From Mycobacterium tuberculosis H37Rv (GTDB taxonomy: Bacteria; Actinomycetota; Actinomycetes; Mycobacteriales; Mycobacteriaceae): a stretch of DNA of 32,000 nt. The notes below the pieces were generated by a model. It did not search any database. It was not told where the DNA came from and worked only from the letters and a program-made list of their open reading frames with translations. Each line of letters opens with the position of its first letter. Within the stretch, counting starts at the first letter, position 1. Location of the stretch: contig NC_000962.3 of assembly GCF_000195955.2 (NCBI RefSeq), forward strand, positions 2,280,001-2,312,000, given 5' to 3'. Below are positions 9,242 through 17,500 of the stretch, one piece after another. A program made the position numbers and the translations under genes.

Positions 9242-9281
9242 ACGTCCACCATACGTTCGGGCGACTGCCCGGGCAGTTTGC

Positions 9282-9632
9282 CTACCGACGCGGCAGCCAC
9301 AGATATAGGGTCCATGACGCCGCGACGATCGCGAACATGACCAGCTGAGCGGCGGCCACCCAACCGGCGGGATAGATCACGCCGGTGATGTAGTGAGCGA
9401 CAAATCCGTCCGGTGACAGAGGTGTCATCGCGGCCTTGGTGCGAGCCCAGCGCTCCACCCAGGTCAGCGGGCAGTCGACCCGCTTAGCGGCGATGCCGAT
9501 CCCCCATATCACCGCCGGAACATGCAGCCACATCGTGCGTCGCCACCGCAGGGCAAGGAAACCGCCGGCAAGGACGTAAGCGATGAAAGCGAAGTGCATT
9601 ACCACCGTTGATACAACGACGGTTTCGTACAT
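9282..9632 (-). CDS. DUF2784-type small membrane protein (Rv2044c), start proposed at ATG 9632 (116 aa) rather than the internal ATG at 9599 (105 aa)
   Basis: MYETVVVSTVVMHFAFIAYVLAGGFLALRWRRTMWLHVPAVIWGIGIAAKRVDCPLTWVERWAR matches the characteristic family pattern, which includes residues upstream of MHFAF. Confidence 0.85.
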   Translation of the reverse strand: MYETVVVSTVVMHFAFIAYVLAGGFLALRWRRTMWLHVPAVIWGIGIAAKRVDCPLTWVERWARTKAAMTPLSPDGFVAHYITGVIYPAGWVAAAQLVMFAIVAASWTLYLWLPRR

Positions 9633-9684
9633 CTCTCGGGTTGCCTTTCCAGGTCGCGGCGCTCCGGCCACTGACAGAAAAGGT

Positions 9685-11220
9685 TCAATTCGCCAGCGAA
9701 AACCCGTCCCATGCGATCCGGCGGTGCTGATGCGGATCGAACTCGATGCGGCACCTGCGGTCGAAAACCAGGACGGCACGGTCGTCTTGGGTGTAAGCCG
9801 GCCAGTCGTCGCCCGGAACACCAATTTGGCTGAAACAACGCCAGCGGCGTTGCACCTCGTTGCTGACCCGAAGGGCGGCACGGCGGTCGGCGGCGGCGGT
9901 CAGCAATGCGCCAAATCTGGTGCGATAGATGTCGAAGACGGCAAACAGTTCGGTGGCATGGGTGGCGCCGAAACCCGACCAGCGCAGCGTCCGTGGCGCG
10001 TAGTCATATCGGTATAGGTAGGTGGGCGCATTGGCGCCGTGAGCCTCGGCGATCTGCCAGGCCGCCGAGCTAAAGGCGAAGTCACCACCGAGCTGGATGC
10101 ACGCCGAGGGCGCAGGGTAATTCGGGTAGGCGGCGGTAATGCGTTCACGATCGGCCGGTTTCATGCCCGACAGTAGCTCTTCAACCATCGGTTCGTTGGT
10201 CGGCAGCATCCCCAGAAAGCGGGTGAACAACCGACCCTCTTCGGCGTTGGTTCCCACGATCAGCGGAACCGCGTGCACCCGGCCGGACCGCATCGCCTCG
10301 ACGGGGTCCATGGGCAGGTAGTCGTCGCCGAACACCGGACCAATCGGGAAGGCGCCCAGCCTTTTCCGCATTCCCTGGCGAATCAGGTGGTGTTGGGCTT
10401 CCACCAGCTGCGCGGGGGACGCCTGCATCAACGCATTGGCGGCATCCTGGGTACGCGCGCCGATCAGATTGGCAAAGCGTGCCGCGAACTCGGCGGCCAC
10501 CTCGCGCGAACGCACCATGCCCGCCGCTGGGCTTTCCGAGATCGCCCTGGCGAATAGGCCTTTGGCGGCTGGCACCGCCAACAGTGTGGCGGTGATATGC
10601 GCGCCCGCGCTTTCGCCGAAAATGGTGACATTGCCTGGGTCACCGCCGAACTCCGCGATGTTGTCGTGGACCCAACGCAACGCCAACACCAGGTCGCGCA
10701 GGTACACGTTGCTGTCGAGGGTGATCTGCGGTGTCGACAAGGACGACAGGTCAAGACACCCCAACGCGCCCAGCCGGTAGTTGACCGACACGTACACGCA
10801 GCCGCGGCGTGCCAACGCTGCGCCGTCGTATATCGGGGTTGCCGAGCTGCCCAGGATGTAGCCCCCACCGTGGATGAACACCATTACCGGCAGCGGCTGG
10901 GTGGCTGGCTCTTCGGGTGTGACGACGTTGAGGGTGAGACAGTCCTCGCTGCGGGTCTGGTACCTGCCGATGCCCATCACGGTGTAGCGGCGCTGCTGAG
11001 GAGCACAGTTGGCAAACGTGTGGCAGTGCCGTACGCCCGGCCAGGGCTGCGCTGGCTGCGGCGCCCGGAATCGCAGCGAGCCCACCGGCGCCCTGGCGTA
11101 AGGGATTGATCGCCAACGGTGCACACCGTCGCGCGTGAAGCCTTCAACGATGCCGGTGGCCGTGCGGGCGCGCACGGTGCGCTCGTGCATAGACCCGACG
11201 GTAGCCGACTCCAGGGCCAC
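9685..11220 (-). CDS. lipT: Type-B carboxylesterase LipT (Rv2045c)
   Basis: 511 aa. Oxyanion region VMVFIHGGGYILGS, nucleophile elbow VTIFGESAGAHITA, SEDCLTLNVVTP. Confidence 0.95.
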   Translation of the reverse strand: MALESATVGSMHERTVRARTATGIVEGFTRDGVHRWRSIPYARAPVGSLRFRAPQPAQPWPGVRHCHTFANCAPQQRRYTVMGIGRYQTRSEDCLTLNVVTPEEPATQPLPVMVFIHGGGYILGSSATPIYDGAALARRGCVYVSVNYRLGALGCLDLSSLSTPQITLDSNVYLRDLVLALRWVHDNIAEFGGDPGNVTIFGESAGAHITATLLAVPAAKGLFARAISESPAAGMVRSREVAAEFAARFANLIGARTQDAANALMQASPAQLVEAQHHLIRQGMRKRLGAFPIGPVFGDDYLPMDPVEAMRSGRVHAVPLIVGTNAEEGRLFTRFLGMLPTNEPMVEELLSGMKPADRERITAAYPNYPAPSACIQLGGDFAFSSAAWQIAEAHGANAPTYLYRYDYAPRTLRWSGFGATHATELFAVFDIYRTRFGALLTAAADRRAALRVSNEVQRRWRCFSQIGVPGDDWPAYTQDDRAVLVFDRRCRIEFDPHQHRRIAWDGFSLAN

Positions 11221-11256
11221 GCGGCATGCGCAGTGCAGGAATGGGGGCGGGGCGGC

Positions 11257-11268
11257 TAGCCTGTCGGG
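11257..11268 (+). promoter_or_regulatory. Putative -10 (TAGCCT, 11257-11262) placed for leaderless transcription of lppI
   Basis: TANNNT hexamer whose last base is 7 nt from the A of the lppI ATG at 11269, a typical leaderless spacing in mycobacteria. Confidence 0.5.
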
Positions 11269-11925
11269 ATGCGGATCGCCGCGCTGGTCGCAGTGTCGTT
11301 GCTGATTGCGGGGTGCTCGCGCGAGGTCGGCGGTGATGTAGGGCAGTCGCAGACCATCGCCCCGCCGGCGCCCGCCCCGTCGGCGGCGCCGTCAACACCA
11401 CCGGCCGCAGGAGCGCCGATCACCACTATCGTGTCTTGGATTGAGGCGGGTCACCCGGTTGATCCCGCCGCCTATCACGTCGCCACCCGCGACGGCGTCA
11501 CCACCCAGCTTGGCGACGACGTCGCGTTCAGCGCTTCGTCGGGCACGGTGGCCTGTATGACGGATGCCAGGCACACTAGCGGCACCCTGGCCTGCCTGGT
11601 CCGACTCGCGAACCCACCACCCCGGCCCGAGACGGCCTACGGCGAATGGAAGGGCGGCTGGGTCGACTTTGACGGCATCCACCTGCAGGTCGGGTCCGCC
11701 CGCGCCGACCCGGGCCCGTTCGTCTACGGCAATGGACCCGAGCTGGCCAACGGGGACACGCTGTCGATCGGGGACTACCGCTGCCGCTCCTATCAAGCGG
11801 GCCTGTTCTGCGTGAACTACGCCCATCAGTCCGCGGTCCGGTTCGCCAGCGCCGGGATCGAGCCGTTCGGCTGCCTGAAGCCGGCGCCGCCACCCGACGG
11901 CGTGGGCGTTGCGTTCGGCTGCTGA
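11269..11925 (+). CDS. lppI: Putative lipoprotein LppI (Rv2046)
   Basis: 218 aa. Signal peptide and lipobox MRIAALVAVSLLIAGCSREVGG. Confidence 0.93.
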   Translation: MRIAALVAVSLLIAGCSREVGGDVGQSQTIAPPAPAPSAAPSTPPAAGAPITTIVSWIEAGHPVDPAAYHVATRDGVTTQLGDDVAFSASSGTVACMTDARHTSGTLACLVRLANPPPRPETAYGEWKGGWVDFDGIHLQVGSARADPGPFVYGNGPELANGDTLSIGDYRCRSYQAGLFCVNYAHQSAVRFASAGIEPFGCLKPAPPPDGVGVAFGC

Positions 11926-11961
11926 GGTGCACCCGTCACAAGCTGACACGACGAACTAGGT

Positions 11962-14526
11962 TCAGCGACTGAGATCGCTTCCCGGAAGCGCCGGCCCATC
12001 TTCGGACGCCAGCTCAACCACATGAATTTCCCCGGTAGCCCCGTCGACCTCCACCAATGCTCCTGGTGGCAGAAACCGGGTAGCTCCCTGGGCGTCGACC
12101 ACGCAAGGGAATCCGAACTCGCGGGCGACCACCGCGGCATGTGACATCGGGCCGCCGAGCTCGGTCACCACGGCGGCGGCGTAGCAGAAGGCCGCGGTGT
12201 ATCCGACGTCGGTGACCTCGGCGACCAGAATCTCGCCGGGCTGCAAATCGTCGATGGTCTCCGGACGCACGATCCGCACCCGGCCGCGCACCCGTCCGCC
12301 GCAGACGCCGACTCCGCGTAGAGTGTCCCCGGCTGCCAGCGCCGCCGCCGACGAAGGCGACGGTTCCCAGCTTCCGCTGAACACCGTGGGCGGAACGATG
12401 CCGGCAAGCCTGCGCTGTTCGGCACGGCGCCGAGCCACCAGCCCCGACACGTCTGCCGGCAGCGCATCGATTTCATCGACCAAGAGGTAGAACACATCGT
12501 CCGGGGTGTCGAAGACGCCGGCCTCGGTCAGCCGGCGCCCGTACTCCCGCAGCAGAGCACGCAGCACCCAGATGGCACGCACCATCCTGTCGCGGCGGAC
12601 CTCGCGGTCGCGGAGCTGGCGGGCCGCCAGCAACGCAACGGGCTTGGCCCGCAACGGAATCACCGGCGTCGGCGGTTGCGGCGCTGGCACCGCACGTAGC
12701 GTCTTGGCTACCATCCGCACCAGCAACTCGGGGTTGTCGGCATAGCTGGTGGCGGCCATCTCGACTTCCGCCGGACCGCGGTGCCCGATCAGCGTCAGCT
12801 CGGCCAGCACCGCGGAATGGAACTCCGGCGCCTCGACAGCTAGCTTGTCCAGACGCTCCCCCGGCTCGGCCAGCAACCGAATCACGACCGGATCCCGCCG
12901 TGCCGCGGCCACCAGCCGCTGCACCGCCTCCACCGATCGCGCGCTGACCAACTCCGGCCCGGCCGCCGGTGCGGTGTCCCGCCCGCACAATCCTCGCAAC
13001 AACACGTTGAACGCCGCACACAGCATGAACGACCCCGAGGCCAGCACCCAGCCGTGCACGACGTGGTCACGTGCCAACAAGATCAGGCTCAACAACCGGC
13101 GGTCGTCGTGGGTAGCGAGGTTATCGAAGGCGAGACGCTCCAGGCGATCGACGTCGGCGACATAGGCATCGGTGTCGCGGGGTGAGCCGGCGGACAGGCC
13201 CACCAGGTTGACGCCGAACACCCCGATATTGCGTAGCGTACGTAACCACCTGCGGGCACGGCTGGATTCCGATGGCGGTCGCTGCGCGCCAAAGATGGGC
13301 AGCGAAGCCATGCTGGGTCCGAAGAACCCGCTGTTGCTGACGATCGTCGCCGGCTTGGCGAAGGGGACGGTTGCTGCCATGAAATGCGCCGACGTGATGG
13401 CCCCGTACAGCCGGTGGGCGAACACCGCGACGGTCCGCATGGCGATTTCGCGCTGGATCACCCCGCTGGGCCGCAGCCGCTCGGCGATGCCCACCCCGCC
13501 GGCACGCAGGCCCCGCACAGTCACCGATGCCGACGACGGCGAGAACGGGCCGGGCAGCGCCTCCGAGAGGTTGGTGGCCAGATAGGTCGGGAAGCGCGGG
13601 TCGATCGGCGTGTCGAACTCGCCGTTGGCCCCTTCTGGGCCGGCCAATCTGGGTGCGACACCGTCGTCTGCCGGGGAGTCGACCGCCGGAAGGTCCTGGA
13701 TGTTAGCCAGCCGCCAAGGCAGGGAAAATGTTCGCTTTCCCAGACCGATCCGGCCACGCACCGCCAGGGTGAAGTCTTCGAGACACTCCTCGGCGTTCCA
13801 GGCCGGCTGGAATCCCCAGCGGTCACGCAGGAGCGTGACATCCATCAATGGCGCGCTGTGCAGGAGTTCGAGTTCGGCGAACGAGGTGACACGTCGTAGC
13901 ACTGGGGAGCCAATAGGCACCATGGGCCGCCCGAGCGCGGCCGCAATGCGCCGAAACGTCAACTCGCCAGGGGCGGCGAGATTAACAGGGCCGCTGTCGA
14001 TTACCGTGTCCAGTAGCGCGCGAACCAACAGCCGCTGCGCGTCGTCGGAGTGGACGACTTGTACGACGCGATCAGCATACCCGGCGGGTAACACCGGCAG
14101 AGCAAACAGCCGCTGCACCCAGTTGTCGACATTTCGACCGAAAATGAGCGCGCAGCGCACGGCGACCCATTCCAGGCCGCAGTCGGCCAGCATCTGCTCG
14201 ACGCGGGGTTGGTGACCGCTGGACGTGAAAACGATGCGCCCGGTTCCGGTCTCGGCCATCGCCTTGAGGACATTGGCGGTGCCGTCGATATTGATGTGGT
14301 CGTTTCGGCCACGCACCCACGCACAATGCGCGACCACATCCGCACCTGTCATAGCACTTTCGACGGCGGTGGCATCCCGGATATCGGCCGCAATGAAATC
14401 CGCTGAGCTCGGCCAGCTGTCCGGTCGATGACGTGCGATTCCGACGACCTCGTGACCCTGACTCAGCAATCTGGCGGTCAGGCCGCGGCCGAGAACTCCG
14501 CTGGCCCCGGTGACGGCGATTCTCAC
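11962..14526 (-). CDS. Fusion protein: N-terminal extended-SDR-like nucleotide-binding domain, C-terminal PEP-utilising / phosphohistidine swivelling domain (Rv2047c)
   Basis: 854 aa from GTG at 14526. N-terminus VRIAVTGASGVLGRGLTARLLSQGHEVVGIAR; C-terminus GEILVAEVTDVGYTAAFCYAAAVVTELGGPMSHAAVVAREFGFPCVVDAQGAT. GTG lies 4 bp after the pks12 stop. Confidence 0.92.
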   Translation of the reverse strand: MRIAVTGASGVLGRGLTARLLSQGHEVVGIARHRPDSWPSSADFIAADIRDATAVESAMTGADVVAHCAWVRGRNDHINIDGTANVLKAMAETGTGRIVFTSSGHQPRVEQMLADCGLEWVAVRCALIFGRNVDNWVQRLFALPVLPAGYADRVVQVVHSDDAQRLLVRALLDTVIDSGPVNLAAPGELTFRRIAAALGRPMVPIGSPVLRRVTSFAELELLHSAPLMDVTLLRDRWGFQPAWNAEECLEDFTLAVRGRIGLGKRTFSLPWRLANIQDLPAVDSPADDGVAPRLAGPEGANGEFDTPIDPRFPTYLATNLSEALPGPFSPSSASVTVRGLRAGGVGIAERLRPSGVIQREIAMRTVAVFAHRLYGAITSAHFMAATVPFAKPATIVSNSGFFGPSMASLPIFGAQRPPSESSRARRWLRTLRNIGVFGVNLVGLSAGSPRDTDAYVADVDRLERLAFDNLATHDDRRLLSLILLARDHVVHGWVLASGSFMLCAAFNVLLRGLCGRDTAPAAGPELVSARSVEAVQRLVAAARRDPVVIRLLAEPGERLDKLAVEAPEFHSAVLAELTLIGHRGPAEVEMAATSYADNPELLVRMVAKTLRAVPAPQPPTPVIPLRAKPVALLAARQLRDREVRRDRMVRAIWVLRALLREYGRRLTEAGVFDTPDDVFYLLVDEIDALPADVSGLVARRRAEQRRLAGIVPPTVFSGSWEPSPSSAAALAAGDTLRGVGVCGGRVRGRVRIVRPETIDDLQPGEILVAEVTDVGYTAAFCYAAAVVTELGGPMSHAAVVAREFGFPCVVDAQGATRFLPPGALVEVDGATGEIHVVELASEDGPALPGSDLSR

Positions 14527-14530
14527 GGTC

Positions 14531-17500
14531 CTACTCGTCGTCGTTCCGAAACGCCGCGTTGACCAGGTCGTCGAGGTCCATGTCCGCGATCTCTTGTTCT
14601 GCGGTCGGCGCCAACGCCGGGTCCTGGCCGCTGGTTTCGGTTTCATTTGCCAGCGCGAGCAACAGATCCAGCACTCCCGCCTGCCGTAAGCGCTTGACCG
14701 GAATGGACGCCACAATGCGTTGTAGTTCGGCTTCCCCGGCCGCCACGGCTGAAGTGTCTTGCGGTGATGAGCCGAGCAGTTCTCGACGCATATAGCCGGC
14801 CAGCGCCGCGGAGTTGGGGTAGTCGAAGATGAGCGTGGGTGAAAGCGCCAGGCCGGTGGCGGATTTGAGCCGGTTGCGCATTTCGACCGCGGTGAGCGAG
14901 TCGAAACCCAACTCCTGGAATGCCCTATCCGGGTCGATGGCTTCGGGGCTGGCGCTACCCAGCACGGTGGCGATGTGCGAGCGCACCAGGTCCAGCAGGA
15001 CGGCGTGTTGCTCGTCTTCGGGCAGTCCTTCCAGGCGTTGCAGCAGAGCCGATTTCGATTTCGCCGCGGCCAACGAGTCATCGACCTGGCGCCTGGTCGG
15101 CGCGTTGATCAGATCGACGAACATCGGCGGCAACGTGCCGCCATCGAACTTGACCTTCAACGCCGCAAAGTCGATGTGGGCGGGCAGCATGAATGGCTCG
15201 TCGACGATCATTGCGGTGTCGAACAATTGCAGGGCGTCAGCAGACGACATCGCCACGATGCCGTCGCGGGCGAAGCGTTTGAAGTCCACCGTCGCCAGGC
15301 CGCCGGTCATGGCGCTGGCCTGATCCCACAGACCCCAGCCCAGGGAGATGGCCGGCAGCCCATGGGCCCGCCGGTGGGCGGCCAGCGCATCCAAAAACGA
15401 ATTGGCGGCCGCATAGTTGGCCTGGCCCGACGATCCGACCAGCCCGGCCATCGACGAAAACATGACAAACGCCGACACATCCAGGTCGCGAGTCAACTCG
15501 TGCAGGTGCCACGCCGCGTCCACCTTGGACCGCAACACCACATCCACCCGATCCGGTGTCAGTGACATCACCACCGCGTCGTCGAGTGCGCCGGCGGTGT
15601 GGATCACGCCCGACAATGGATGCTGAACCGGAATATCGGCGATCACCTTGGCCAACGCCGCTCGATCCGCCGCGTCACAGGCCACCACCTGCACCTGCGC
15701 ACCGGCGGCGGCCAACTCGGCCACCAGCTCCGCAGCCCCGGGAGCATCCGGGCCGCGCCGGCTCACCAACACCAGATTGCGCACCCCATGACGAGCCACC
15801 ACGTGACGGGCCACCGCCGAACCCGCCATCCCGGTGCCACCGGTGATCAACACCGTGCCCGCCGCCCACGAGCCGGGCATCAGCATGACGACCTTGCCGG
15901 TGTGGCGCGCCTGGCTCAGATAACGCAACGCCGCAGGCGCGCACCGCACGTCAAAAGTGGTGACCGGCAACGGCCGCAGCACCCCATCGCCGAACAGCGT
16001 GGCGAGCTCGGCAAGGATCTGCGCAATGCGGTCCGGTCCCGGTTCGAATAGGTCGAAGGCGCGGTAGCGCACGCCCGGGTACTGCTGGGCGATCACGCCG
16101 GGGTCGCGGATGTCGGTCTTGCCCATCTCCAAGAACACCCCACCCGGTGCCACCAGACGCAGCGACGCATCCACGAATTCACCGGCCAGCGAGTCCAACA
16201 CCACGTCGAACCCTCGACCGCCAGTGGCCGCGCGGAACTTGTCCTCGAACTCTAGGCTACGTGAATCGGATATGTGGTCGTCGTCAAAGCCCATGGCGCG
16301 CAAGGTGTCCCACTTACCCTTGCTCGCGGTCGCGAACACCTCCAACCCCAGATGCCGAGCCAGCTGCACCGCCGCCATGCCCACCCCGCCGGTGCCGGCA
16401 TGGATCAACACGCGCTGGCCCGACCTAGCAGCGGCCAAATCCACCAGCGCGTAGTGGGCGGTGGCGAACACCACCGAGGTGGTGGCGGCGGCCGTGTGCG
16501 ACCACCCCGCCGGCACCTTGACCAGCAGCCGCTGGTCGGTGCTGGCGACGGTTCCGGTGCCCTCGGGGAACAGGCCCATTACCCGGTCTCCGACCGCGAA
16601 AGATCCCTTGTTCAAGCTGGTTTCGATAACGACGCCGCAGGCCTCAACGCCCATGACCGCGTCCGGATCGGGATACAGACCCAGCGCGATCATGACGTCG
16701 CGGAAGTTGGCGGCAATCGCGGACACCGCAACTCGAACCTGCCCGGGGCCCAGCGGCGCGTCGGCATCGGGAATCAGCTCCAGCCGCAGATTCTCGAAGG
16801 TGCCGGCGGTGCTCATCGCCAACCGCCACGGCCGGTCACTCGGAGGAACCAACAGCCCGCCCACCGCGCGGCTACCGTGCACCCGCGCCGTATAAACCTC
16901 CCCGCGCCGCCACAACACCTGCGGCTCGCCTGTCGTCACTACCGCCGCCAGGGCCGAATCGTCGAGCGGCGCATCGGAATCGACCAGCACGATCCGGCCC
17001 GGATGCTCGGTCTGCGCCGACCGCACCAATCCCCATACGGCGGCACCCGCCAAATCGGTGACATCTTCGCCCGGCAATGCCACCGCACCGCGGGTCATCA
17101 CCACCAAAACCCCTGCCCCATCACGGGTTAGCCACGACTGCAACACATCAAGCACCGAACTCGTGGCGGCATACACGCCCGCCACTACGTCACCGGCCAG
17201 AGGCACCGACTCAAACACCACCGCCGCCGAGTCCTCCGTTGTCCCCCAGGCGCACACCGGTAGCGGCTCCACCGCGGCCGATGGCTGCGGCGACCAGGTG
17301 ACCTCGAATAGCCGGTCCGGACCCGAGCTCGACACCGCCGCCCGCAATTGCTGATCGGTCACCGGTCGGGCCAGCATGGAAGCGACTGACAACACCGGCA
17401 ATCCCAACCCATCGGCCAGCTCGATCGACACCGCCGACGGACCCACTGGCGCGATGCGGGCCCGCACCGCCGACGCCCCCGCTGCATGCAACGAGACCCC

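Noticed and set aside
12473-13021. 182 aa minus-strand ORF inside Rv2047c
   Set aside because: Alternate frame of Rv2047c, low-complexity composition, no family resemblance.
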